Assembly (NCBI GenBank): GCA_041656935.1
Contig: JBBACQ010000001.1
Location: 93,459-157,458, forward strand
Origin: Patescibacteria group bacterium
GTDB lineage: Bacteria > Patescibacteriota > Patescibacteriia > Patescibacteriales > UBA12465
Direction of reading: 5' to 3'
Length of the DNA stretch: 64,000 nt
Under the pieces are notes generated by a model. That model was not told the DNA's origin, made no database searches, and was given only the letters and a program-made list of their open reading frames with translations. How positions within the stretch are numbered: the first letter of the stretch is position 1; each line of letters opens with the position of its first letter. The translations under genes and the position numbers were made by a program. Of the stretch, positions 25,774-34,355 are shown piece after piece.

Positions 25774-26577
25774 ATGAGCTTTCAAGAAGACCGAATTTTA
25801 GAAAAAATTTTTGGAGAAAAACCCGGGCAGTTAGCTGAAAAAAATTATCTAGGATCTATTAACGAAGCAACCTACAATGAGATAATTAAAGAAAAACTAT
25901 ATACAGAATTTTTAAAAAAAGAAAATTTGAGAATTTTTAATTACTTCGTGAAAGAAACGAAAAATAATGGCTATAAATCTAATACCAGCTCGATTGTTTT
26001 AAACAAAATAAAAATAGAAGTTCCAGAAATATATAAAGATTGCCAAAAAACAATAGAGAAAATAGAAAACCGGATAACTAATCTTATAAAAAATAAAAAT
26101 ATTTTTATAAAAGAAATAAGTATTAACAATCAATTAGAAATAGTAAAAAATAGTCAACCAAACAAAAAAATAGCTGGTGATCCAATAACAGAATTCACTA
26201 AAGACTTGAAAGAAAATATTGTTAATAACTTAGATATTGATCCACTAGATTTAAAATATTATACCGCCGTTGGGTCTCATTTAGACTATTCTAGCGGAAT
26301 AGATGCTTTCTTTAGTTTAGAATATAAAGACGAACAGGGCCGAGGAAGAAATATCTTAATTTTTATAGACATAACCATGGATAACATTATTAACAAAAAT
26401 GAAAAAATAGCGGATAAAGAAAGAAACGGTGGCAAATATTTAGCCGATGTTATCATGTTCGCGGAGGAAGTTGATTATAAAAGAGAGCGAGATATCTTTA
26501 AGCTAAGTTTATACACCCAAAAAATAATTCAACAAATAAAAGAAAAGAAAGAAAAGGACAAATCTTCATTAAATTAA
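25774..26577 (+). CDS. hypothetical protein
   Basis: 267-aa ATG ORF. I recognise no family. The C-terminal half (YYTAVGSHLDYSSGIDAFF...ILIFIDITMD) looks globular. Confidence 0.55.
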   Translation: MSFQEDRILEKIFGEKPGQLAEKNYLGSINEATYNEIIKEKLYTEFLKKENLRIFNYFVKETKNNGYKSNTSSIVLNKIKIEVPEIYKDCQKTIEKIENRITNLIKNKNIFIKEISINNQLEIVKNSQPNKKIAGDPITEFTKDLKENIVNNLDIDPLDLKYYTAVGSHLDYSSGIDAFFSLEYKDEQGRGRNILIFIDITMDNIINKNEKIADKERNGGKYLADVIMFAEEVDYKRERDIFKLSLYTQKIIQQIKEKKEKDKSSLN

Positions 26578-26588
26578 AAAAAATAAAA

Positions 26589-26614
26589 AAAGAGTTTATC
26601 AAAAATAACTCTTT
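26589..26614. terminator. bidirectional rho-independent terminator
   Basis: AAAGAGTT-10 nt-AACTCTTT with an A-run before and a T-run after, between the convergent hypothetical gene and hisS. Confidence 0.65.
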
Positions 26615-26628
26615 TTTTATATCTAAAA

Positions 26629-27912
26629 TTAATTTATTTTTTTTATTTCCTCTTGCCCACTACTCATGTTTTTTATCTTATAAACTCCTTTAGCAAATTC
26701 ATCTTCTCCTAGAATAATAACATAATCTATTTTACTTTTATCAGCATACTCTAAGGCTCGGGAAATCTTATTAAGACCGAAACCTACTTCTACTTTGATT
26801 CCATTCTTTCTCATTTTACTAGCCAACAACAAAGACTCTTTTTCTAAATTATCACTTAAAATTGGGAAAAGGTAAACGTCATCTTTTAAATTATTCTTTG
26901 GTAAAATATCCCAAACAGATAAAAATAATCTAAAAGTTTCATCCCCTGGAGCAAAACCAATGGCTGGGAAATTTTTTACCCCAAAAACACTAGCTAAACC
27001 ATTATAGCGACCACCACCGAACATCGCCCTGTTATTATCAGGGTGAAGATCGAAAACTTCAAAAATTAAACCATCATAATAATCGAACCCTCTAATAATT
27101 TCTGGGCTAAATTTAACATATCCAAGCAAGCCCAAGCCATTTAATTTTTCAAAAATATTAACTAAAGATTGCCAACCACTACTGTCTTTTAACTCTGGAA
27201 TTTTATCAACTAACATTTCTATATTTTCCGAGGTCAAAAATTTAAAAATTAGATCGATTTGATCACTCTCTAAACCAATTTCCTTCATTCTAGAGATTAA
27301 CTCATCTTGGGACATTTTATTATATTTATCCATTAGTCTCATTAGACCAATTTTCATATTTTCTTCAATCTTTAAGAGAGAGAATAATGAATCTAATAAT
27401 TGCCGATGACTTACCTTTAAAATAAAAGAATCTTTAGGTGGATTAAAAGAAGAAACCAAATCGATAGAAAGTTGCAATATTTCTAAATCTGATTGAATAC
27501 TATCATCGCCAAAAATATCACAATTCAGTTGCCAAAATTCACGATTACGACCTCGTTGAGGTTTTTCGTTACGAAAAAAATTGGCCAACGAAAACAATCT
27601 TAAGGGTTTAGAAGCCGTTGGATAAATTTTCGAAACCAGGCGAACGACACTCGGTGTCATCTCTGGTCTAATCGCTAATTCCCGATCACCTTGATCAACA
27701 AAAACCATTAACTCCTTTCCACCAATGTCTTCACCCGACTTAGCCCGATAAATATCAGCATTTTCTAATAACGGAGTTAAATATTCTAAAAAACCATACG
27801 ACAAACACACCTGTCGCCACTTATCAAAAATATATTTTCTAATACCAAACTCCTCTGGAAGCCAATCTTTAGTTCCTTTTACTTCTTGATTAGAAATTTT
27901 TTTATCAGTCAT
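26629..27912 (-). CDS. hisS: histidine--tRNA ligase
   Basis: KGTKDWLPEE...LAIRPEMTPSVVRL...FRNEKPQRGRNREFWQ...GGGRYN: class II HisRS motifs. Confidence 0.9.
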   Translation of the reverse strand: MTDKKISNQEVKGTKDWLPEEFGIRKYIFDKWRQVCLSYGFLEYLTPLLENADIYRAKSGEDIGGKELMVFVDQGDRELAIRPEMTPSVVRLVSKIYPTASKPLRLFSLANFFRNEKPQRGRNREFWQLNCDIFGDDSIQSDLEILQLSIDLVSSFNPPKDSFILKVSHRQLLDSLFSLLKIEENMKIGLMRLMDKYNKMSQDELISRMKEIGLESDQIDLIFKFLTSENIEMLVDKIPELKDSSGWQSLVNIFEKLNGLGLLGYVKFSPEIIRGFDYYDGLIFEVFDLHPDNNRAMFGGGRYNGLASVFGVKNFPAIGFAPGDETFRLFLSVWDILPKNNLKDDVYLFPILSDNLEKESLLLASKMRKNGIKVEVGFGLNKISRALEYADKSKIDYVIILGEDEFAKGVYKIKNMSSGQEEIKKIN

Positions 27913-27937
27913 ATTATTAAAATTATATTTTAAATAA

Positions 27938-28663
27938 TTAAATAACTAATTTATCTTGTAATTTTTCCTTAGCCAAAATCTGAGCTTCTAATAAACTATC
28001 AAAGGTCCCAGCATCAATCCAAGCCCCATTTACCATGGCAACATCTAATTCGCCCTTCTCTAAATATATTCGGTTAACATCGGTAATTTCTAATTCTCCG
28101 CGTTCTGATGGTTTCAAATTTTTTGCTATTTCTACTATGCTACTATCATAAACATACAAACCAGTAACACAATAATTAGATTTCGGATTTTTTGGCTTTT
28201 CTTCAATAGAAATAGCTCGATTATTAGAATCAAACTCAACTACGCCAAATCTTTCAGGGTCAGGGACATGTTTAGCAAAAATTTTAGCCCCACTTTTAAA
28301 ATTTTTAATATCGTCGGAAAAATCATCTTCAAAAATGTTATCGCCCAAAATCATACAAACATTGTCGTTATCAATAAACTTTTGCCCAATAATAAAAGAC
28401 TGAGCCAAGCCTTCAGGTTTATCTTGAATTTCATAAGTAAATTTTACTCCAAACTCTCGACCACTACCCAATAAGTTTAAGTAATGGCCCGCCTGCTCGG
28501 GGGAAACAATTATTAAAATATCTTTAATTCCCGCCTTTATCAAAGTGTTCAAGGGATAATAAATCATTGGTCGATTATAAACTGGTAGTAATTGTTTAGA
28601 TGTTACCTTGGTACAAGGTCTAAGACGAGTTGCACTTCCCCCTGATAAAATAATTCCTTTCAT
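27938..28663 (-). CDS. rfbA: glucose-1-phosphate thymidylyltransferase (short form)
   Basis: [18 protein letters not shown]...[16 protein letters not shown]; adjacent to rmlD and rmlB. Confidence 0.75.
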   Translation of the reverse strand: MKGIILSGGSATRLRPCTKVTSKQLLPVYNRPMIYYPLNTLIKAGIKDILIIVSPEQAGHYLNLLGSGREFGVKFTYEIQDKPEGLAQSFIIGQKFIDNDNVCMILGDNIFEDDFSDDIKNFKSGAKIFAKHVPDPERFGVVEFDSNNRAISIEEKPKNPKSNYCVTGLYVYDSSIVEIAKNLKPSERGELEITDVNRIYLEKGELDVAMVNGAWIDAGTFDSLLEAQILAKEKLQDKLVI

Positions 28664-28753
28664 GTTTTTATTGGCCGTAATTTTGTTTCTGTGTTTTTAG
28701 ATAAAAATATTTAAAACAAACAGAAAGACAAAAGTTGGATTAATTAATTTATA

Positions 28754-29674
28754 TTATTTTAAATTACTTGAATATTCCTTAAGCGCTTCTTTCCATGATC
28801 TCAAGGCTGGTAATTTAGAATTAGCTAAAACTGAATATTTAGGTCGTTTAGCTGGACGAGGAAACTTATCAGCTGGAACTGGTCTTATTTTAATATTAAT
28901 CTTTTTCAATCTAAATAACTCTTTAGCAGCATCATACCAAATCGCTGGGTCACTATTTCTTACATGATAAAAACCAAAATCATTTTTGCTCTCTAAAATT
29001 TCTCTGGTTTGTCGAGCTAGATCCGGAGTATAGGTAAAACAACTCAATTCTTCGCTAACCACTTTAATCTCTCTTTTCCCCTTAGCTATTCGCCAAATTA
29101 AATCAAAAAAATTCTCTTTAGAATCAACTGATTCTCCCTTAGGACCAAAAAGTTTAGAGGTTCTAATAACATAATATTTTAACTTTTTATTAACCAATCT
29201 TTGAATTTCAACTTCTCCGGCCATCTTAGTCAAACCATATTTATTTATCGGACATCTTTCATCATCCTCTAAAAAACCACCCTTCTCTTTAAATTTTAAA
29301 AGACATTCATTATTACAATCATTTTCGTGACAAATATCTCCCCCAAAAACATAATCACTAGAATAATGAATCAAGATTGAGTTATTAACAATCGCGGCCT
29401 TACCGATATATCTCAAAGCATCTCCATTAATTTTGCTCGCTAATTTAAATTCATCTTCAAACTCCTCACATCTATCAACCGCATTATAGGCAGCTGTATT
29501 TATAATGATGTCTGGTTTAATTTTGTTAATTTTCGGAACAATTAAATCATACTCTAACAGATTTAAATCGTTTTTATCATAATTAATAATCTGATAATCT
29601 GAAAAATTAGAAAATTCCTTATTTAATTGATCAGCTAGATTTCCGCCAGCTCCTAAAATCAAAACTTTTTTCAT
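28754..29674 (-). CDS. rfbD: dTDP-4-dehydrorhamnose reductase
   Basis: ILGAGGNLADQL, SSDYVFGG, YGLTKMAGE. Contains a Cys-rich insert between YVF and YG. Confidence 0.85.
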   Translation of the reverse strand: MKKVLILGAGGNLADQLNKEFSNFSDYQIINYDKNDLNLLEYDLIVPKINKIKPDIIINTAAYNAVDRCEEFEDEFKLASKINGDALRYIGKAAIVNNSILIHYSSDYVFGGDICHENDCNNECLLKFKEKGGFLEDDERCPINKYGLTKMAGEVEIQRLVNKKLKYYVIRTSKLFGPKGESVDSKENFFDLIWRIAKGKREIKVVSEELSCFTYTPDLARQTREILESKNDFGFYHVRNSDPAIWYDAAKELFRLKKINIKIRPVPADKFPRPAKRPKYSVLANSKLPALRSWKEALKEYSSNLK

Positions 29675-29678
29675 AATT

Positions 29679-30647
29679 CTATTTTTTTAATTTTTGCCAC
29701 CACGAAGGGTTCTCTTTATACCAATTAATTGTTTTTTCTAAACCAACAATAAAGTCTATTTGAGGAGCCCAACCTAATTCTCGCTTAATTTTAGAAAAAT
29801 CAATGGCATAACGCCAATCATGACCTGGTCTATCAGCGACATATTCAATCATTTCGTCTTTCTCATCCATTAATTTTAAAATATTTAATGTAATATCAAT
29901 ATTTTTAATTTCATTATCGCCACCCAAACAATAAGTTTCGCCAATCTTTCCTTTTTTAATAATCATTTCTACCCCACGATTATGATCATCAACGTGAATC
30001 CAATCACGAATATTTTCTCCTTGACCATAAACGGGAATCTTTTTCCCTTCGATAAGATTAGTAATAAAAAGTGGAATTAATTTTTCTGGATACTGATAAG
30101 GACCATAATTATTAGAACAATTGGAAATGGTAATTGGTAGTTTATGAGTATGAAAATAAGCTCGAACTAAGTGATCGGAACTAGCCTTGGAAGCACTATA
30201 AGGTGAACGAGGGTCATAAGGTGTTTTTTCATTAAATTTAGGATCATTTAATTCTAGAGAACCAAAAACTTCATCAGTCGAAACATGATGAAAACGAATA
30301 TTGCCATTATTTTTAGCACAATCTAATAAAATACGAGTTCCCTCGACATTGGTTTTTATAAAATCAGCACTATTCTCTATAGATCTATCAACATGACTCT
30401 CGGCCGCGAAATGAACAATCAGATCAACCTCTTTGACAATACCATTAACTAAATTATAATCGCAAATATCTCCCTGAATAAATTTGTAATTCTCTCCTTC
30501 TTGAATATCTTTTAAATTTTCTAAGTTTCCAGCGTAAGTTAATTTATCTAGGTTAATAATATTATCTTTAGGGTTAGATTTAAGCCAGTATCTAATGAAA
30601 TTAGAGCCAATAAAACCAGCTCCGCCGGTTACCAAAATTCTAGCCAT
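29679..30647 (-). CDS. rfbB: dTDP-glucose 4,6-dehydratase
   Basis: ILVTGGAGFIGSNF, HFAAESHVDRS, STDEVFG, YSASKASSDH. Confidence 0.9.
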   Translation of the reverse strand: MARILVTGGAGFIGSNFIRYWLKSNPKDNIINLDKLTYAGNLENLKDIQEGENYKFIQGDICDYNLVNGIVKEVDLIVHFAAESHVDRSIENSADFIKTNVEGTRILLDCAKNNGNIRFHHVSTDEVFGSLELNDPKFNEKTPYDPRSPYSASKASSDHLVRAYFHTHKLPITISNCSNNYGPYQYPEKLIPLFITNLIEGKKIPVYGQGENIRDWIHVDDHNRGVEMIIKKGKIGETYCLGGDNEIKNIDITLNILKLMDEKDEMIEYVADRPGHDWRYAIDFSKIKRELGWAPQIDFIVGLEKTINWYKENPSWWQKLKK

Positions 30648-30806
30648 AATGGTTTGTTTTAATAATAATTAGTTATTTTATTATACTATAATAAAGTTTT
30701 GGAGTAAAGAATAACCTTTTTGTGCTATTTTTTTAGGAAAAATACCCACTTGACCATCTCTGGCGAAAAAAATTAGCAAACTAAAGTTTTTTTTAAAAAT
30801 AATAAT

Positions 30807-30959
30807 TTTTTCATGCCACTTTTTTAGAAAAAGTGGCCCAAAAATCGCCAGCAATTCAAAATTTCAGGACATTCGCTATAAAGTTTTTCATGCCACTTTT
30901 TTAGAAAAAGTGGCCCAAAAATCGCCAGCAATTCAAAATTTCAGGACATTCGCTATAAA
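30807..30959 (+). repeat. tandem duplication, 2 x 77 nt (arm + GCCAC hairpin)
   Basis: 71 nt starting at CATGCCAC (30812 and 30889) are identical by my alignment. Each unit has the hairpin GCCACTTTTT-TAG-AAAAAGTGGC (30815-30837 and 30892-30914). Confidence 0.9.
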
Positions 30960-31062
30960 AGCTAGTAAAATTTAGAACTCGGATGAGCTTCGCTCATCCT
31001 CAAACAGCTAAATTTTACACGCTTTTTACGCTTATGTCTAATCTGAAATTTTTCAAAGCTGG
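30925..31062. repeat. extended imperfect palindrome A (about 138 nt), candidate MITE or structured RNA
   Basis: Outer arms CCAGCAATTCAAAATTTCAGGACATTCGC / ACGCTTATGTCTAATCTGAAATTTTTCAAAGCTGG; inner stem 30965-30975/31008-31018 (11 bp, all Watson-Crick); apical hairpin GGATGAG-CTTCG-CTCATCC. Confidence 0.7.
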
Positions 31063-31090
31063 CAAGTAAAAAAAATTAATTTCTTGTTTT

Positions 31091-31225
31091 CTTGCGAACA
31101 TTAAAAAATTTTGGGGAAATTGCGAGTGTAGAAACCTTGCAAAATTTGGTTGTTTGAGGCGTAGCCGAGTTCTAAATTTTGCTAGGTTTCATAACGAGCA
31201 ATCCAAAATTTTTTAGTTCGCTAAG
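31091..31225. repeat. extended imperfect palindrome B (about 135 nt), inverted homologue of A
   Basis: Outer arms 31091-31114/31203-31225; inner stem 31131-31147/31174-31190 (17 bp, 1 mismatch). The reverse complement aligns to A through AAAATTTAGAACTCGG...CCTCAAACA.C.AAATTTT. Confidence 0.7.
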
Positions 31226-31344
31226 TTTTTTTGGACACTTTTTTTGTTAAAAAAAGTGTCTTAATAAATAAGTAAGTATACAAAAAACTTTAGTTCGCTA
31301 TTTTTTGGATGCTTTTTTTATTAAAAAAGTGTCTTAATAAATAA
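31214..31344 (+). repeat. diverged tandem repeat, again with 77-nt period, each unit carrying a hairpin variant
   Basis: TAGTTCGCTA at 31214 and 31291. Hairpins GACACTTTTTTT..AAAAAAAGTGTC (31234-31260) and GATGCTTTTTTT..AAAAAAGTGTC (31308-31333); both are followed by TTAATAAATAA. Confidence 0.75.
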
Positions 31345-31383
31345 TTCAAGTTTTAAATATTCGTAAGAAAAATATTTAAATCA

Positions 31384-31836
31384 CTATGAAATAGTATAAG
31401 GAGAATCTTTATCATCTTCCCAACGGATTTCATCAATTTCTTCTTTCTTGCCCTCTCCCTTATACAACTTATCTGGAAAATTTAGACAATATGAGTCACC
31501 GGGGCCCAAGGCCTTATAACCATGAACCACTCCCGGTGGAACAACAATTAAAGTCGGCTCCCCTTCTCCAGCTTCAATACTTAGATGTTCCCCCTTAGTT
31601 TCACTGTCTTCTCGTCGGTCCCAAAGATGAAGACTAAACTTTCCCGGACCAACAAAAACAAAACAATCACTCTGATTTTTGTGCTCATGCGGACCACGAA
31701 TAACTCCCGGCTTAGTAACACTGATATAGGCCATTTCTGGCCGATAATCAAATTCATCGGACCGATAAACCTCACTCAACCAACCACGATCATCGTGATA
31801 TTGGTCTAATTTTTTAATAATTACTCCATTTATCAT
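31384..31836 (-). CDS. rfbC: dTDP-4-dehydrorhamnose 3,5-epimerase (short cupin form)
   Basis: HDDRGWLSEVYR...IRGPHEHK...LIVVPPGVVHGYKA: cupin epimerase pattern; rml context. Confidence 0.8.
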   Translation of the reverse strand: MINGVIIKKLDQYHDDRGWLSEVYRSDEFDYRPEMAYISVTKPGVIRGPHEHKNQSDCFVFVGPGKFSLHLWDRREDSETKGEHLSIEAGEGEPTLIVVPPGVVHGYKALGPGDSYCLNFPDKLYKGEGKKEEIDEIRWEDDKDSPYTIS

Positions 31837-31986
31837 ATTTTTATAATTAATTATAAATATTTTTATTACTTAGATTCTAACATTTAATCTCCCTAAAAAC
31901 AAGTTAATCTAAAAATCAAAATCTTACCCCCGACCACCAAAAAGAGATAAAAATGTTCAACATATATAAATATTTCTGTCAAAACC

Positions 31987-32015
31987 TTGCTTTATTTTAA
32001 TACTTATGATATCAT
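31987..32015 (+). promoter_or_regulatory. candidate extended -10 promoter for rpmE
   Basis: TTGCTT (31987-92), 17-nt spacer containing the extended -10 TG (32007-08), then TATCAT (32010-15), about 50 nt upstream of the ATG. Confidence 0.3.
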
Positions 32016-32067
32016 CAAGAACATCCATTAAACATAATGGTTTTATTATTTACATTATAAAATAAAT

Positions 32068-32340
32068 ATGAAAAAAGATATTCATCCTAAATACAATCAC
32101 AAAATAAAAGCTAGTTGTGCTTGTGGTTTTTCTTTCACCACTGGATCAACTGAAACGGAAATAAAAACCGAGCTATGTTCAGCTTGCCATCCTTTTTATA
32201 CTGGAAAACAAAAATTAGTTGATACCGCTAATAGAGTCGGAAAATTCAAAGCCAAATTAGAAAAAAAAGATGATACCCGATCAGGTAAAAAAGCCAAAAG
32301 AACTGCTAAATCTAAAAAACAAGCCGAAAAAAATAAATAA
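32068..32340 (+). CDS. rpmE: 50S ribosomal protein L31 with K-rich C-terminal tail
   Basis: MKKDIHPKY...CACG...[13 protein letters not shown]. Confidence 0.9.
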   Translation: MKKDIHPKYNHKIKASCACGFSFTTGSTETEIKTELCSACHPFYTGKQKLVDTANRVGKFKAKLEKKDDTRSGKKAKRTAKSKKQAEKNK

Positions 32341-32362
32341 CAACTCTAAATAAAAAAATAAG

Positions 32363-32390
32363 GGCTCCATTTGGGGGCTTTTATTTTATC
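32363..32390 (+). terminator. possible terminator after rpmE
   Basis: GGCUCC-AUUUG-GGGGCU (includes G-U pairs), followed by UUUAUUUUAU. Confidence 0.35.
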
Positions 32391-32413
32391 CAAAAATAAA
32401 CTAAACTAAAGAT

Positions 32414-33457
32414 ATGACTATCCTAGAAATAAAAACTAAATATAATGAGCTAGAGGCTAAATTATCTGACCCCGAAATAATATCCAATCATGAAAAAATA
32501 AGCCAAATCGCTAAAGAACACTCGGGATTAAAAAAATCTTATGATTTAATATTGGAAATAGAAAAAATAGAAAAAAATATTATTGATAACCAAGAATTAA
32601 TTGACAACGACCCCGCCTCAGAATTAGGAAAAATCGCCGAAGAAGAATTAAAAGAATTGAAAGAAAAAAAAGAAAAATTAGAGCAAGAATTACATGCTGA
32701 ATTAAATCCCGCTGACCCCAATGATAAAAGAAGCGTCATTGTTGAAATTAGAGCTGGAGCCGGAGGAGATGAAGGCGCCTTATTCACGGCTGAATTATTC
32801 AGAATGTATTTGCGTTTTGCTGAGAAGATGAATTGGAAAACTGAAATATTAAGCTCTAGTGAAATTGGAATTGGTGGCTACAAGGAAATAATATTTTCCA
32901 TCGAAGGGAATAATGTTTACGGTTATTTAAAATATGAAGCCGGAACTCATCGAGTTCAAAGAGTCCCGGAAACTGAAAAACAAGGACGAGTTCACACCTC
33001 TACTTCTACTGTAATGGTTTTTCCAGAAGCCGAAGAGGTAGATGTTAAAATAGAGCCAAGTGATATTAGAATTGATACCTTCTGCTCTTCTGGCCCTGGC
33101 GGACAAAGCGTTAACACTACTTATTCAGCTATTCGTATTACTCACCTTTCCACCGGACTGGTAGTTAGTTGCCAAGATCAAAAGTCGCAACATCAAAACA
33201 AAGAAAAAGCTATGCAAATTTTACGCTCTCGTTTATTAGCTAAAATTGAGGAAGAAAAATCAGCCAAAGAATCACAAGAAAGAAAAGAACAAGTTGGTAA
33301 AGGTGATCGAAGCGATAAAATTCGTACTTATAATTTCCCCCAAAATCGAATCACTGATCATCGAGCCAATAAATCTTGGCACAATATTGATGAAATAATG
33401 AATGGAAATATTGAAGAAATGATAATAGAAATAAAAAATGAAAAGAATAAAAATTAA
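32414..33457 (+). CDS. prfA: peptide chain release factor 1
   Basis: RVQRVPETEKQGRVHTS (PxT motif) and SGPGGQSVNTT (GGQ). Confidence 0.9.
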   Translation: MTILEIKTKYNELEAKLSDPEIISNHEKISQIAKEHSGLKKSYDLILEIEKIEKNIIDNQELIDNDPASELGKIAEEELKELKEKKEKLEQELHAELNPADPNDKRSVIVEIRAGAGGDEGALFTAELFRMYLRFAEKMNWKTEILSSSEIGIGGYKEIIFSIEGNNVYGYLKYEAGTHRVQRVPETEKQGRVHTSTSTVMVFPEAEEVDVKIEPSDIRIDTFCSSGPGGQSVNTTYSAIRITHLSTGLVVSCQDQKSQHQNKEKAMQILRSRLLAKIEEEKSAKESQERKEQVGKGDRSDKIRTYNFPQNRITDHRANKSWHNIDEIMNGNIEEMIIEIKNEKNKN

Positions 33458-33460
33458 AAA

Positions 33461-34339
33461 ATGAAAATATCAGAAATAATATCAGAAATAGTAAACGATT
33501 TCAAAAAAAATAATATTAATAATCCTCAATTAGAAGCTTTAGCGATTGCTTCTTTTGTTTTAAAAATAACACCAGAGAAAATAATTGGCCATTCAGAAAA
33601 AAAAATAAATCCTCAATCAATAAAAAAAATAAGGAAAATTTATAAAAAAAGATTGGAAAACTGGCCGTTAGCCTACTTAATAGGTAAGAAAAATTTTTAC
33701 AACCTAGAGTTTAAAGTTGATAAAAATGTTCTTATTCCTAGACCAGAAAGCGAATTAATAATTGATGAGGTTTTAAAAAACGACTTCTCCAAAGAAAAAA
33801 CAATAATTATAGATGTCGGCACAGGGTCTGGCTGTCTTATTATTACTTTAGCTGATCTTCTAAAAAAAGACGGAAATATTTGTTTTCTAGCCATCGATAA
33901 GAGCAGAAAAGCCCTAAAAATAGCCCGACAAAACGCCAAAAAACATAATTTAAGGGATAAAATAAAGTTTATCAAAGGCAATTTACTGAAACCGATTGAT
34001 AAAAAAATAATAGAAAAAGAAACAAACATTATAATAATAGCTAATTTGCCCTACTTAACTAAAAAGGAGATTAGAAATTCTGCCAGCATTAAAAAAGAAC
34101 CCCGGAAGGCTCTATATGGTGGAAGAGATGGACTAAAATATTATGAAAAATTATGGAAACAAATCAAAAAATTAAAGAACAAAAATTCTAAGATAATTGT
34201 TTATCAAGAAATAAATGATTGGCAAGTAGAAAATTTAGAAAAAATTATTACAAAAAAAATGAAGCCAACAAAACCTCATTCTAAAATAACGGAAGATTTA
34301 TTTAAACAACGAAGATTAATAATCACCACATTGGAATAA
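33461..34339 (+). CDS. prmC: release factor glutamine N5-methyltransferase
   Basis: IIDVGTGSGCL (SAM motif) and ANLPY (variant NPPY); downstream of prfA. Confidence 0.85.
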   Translation: MKISEIISEIVNDFKKNNINNPQLEALAIASFVLKITPEKIIGHSEKKINPQSIKKIRKIYKKRLENWPLAYLIGKKNFYNLEFKVDKNVLIPRPESELIIDEVLKNDFSKEKTIIIDVGTGSGCLIITLADLLKKDGNICFLAIDKSRKALKIARQNAKKHNLRDKIKFIKGNLLKPIDKKIIEKETNIIIIANLPYLTKKEIRNSASIKKEPRKALYGGRDGLKYYEKLWKQIKKLKNKNSKIIVYQEINDWQVENLEKIITKKMKPTKPHSKITEDLFKQRRLIITTLE

Positions 34340-34355
34340 TTAGAATCTTTATTTT

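Noticed and set aside
28664-28753. Imperfect inverted repeat (TTTTGTTTCTGTGTTT … ACAAACAGAAAGACAAAA) between rmlD and rmlA as a regulatory attenuator
   Set aside because: The pairing needs several indels and there is no adjacent U-tract. It is too weak to call from sequence alone.
30807-30959. Possible CRISPR array, given the identical direct repeats
   Set aside because: There are only two units, they are directly abutting (77-nt period, no unique spacers), and no cas genes are in the window. This is a tandem duplication, not a CRISPR.
33000-33020. RF1 tripeptide reads PET rather than the common PAT/PVT
   Set aside because: It still satisfies the P-x-T consensus, so it is not evidence of altered stop-codon recognition.
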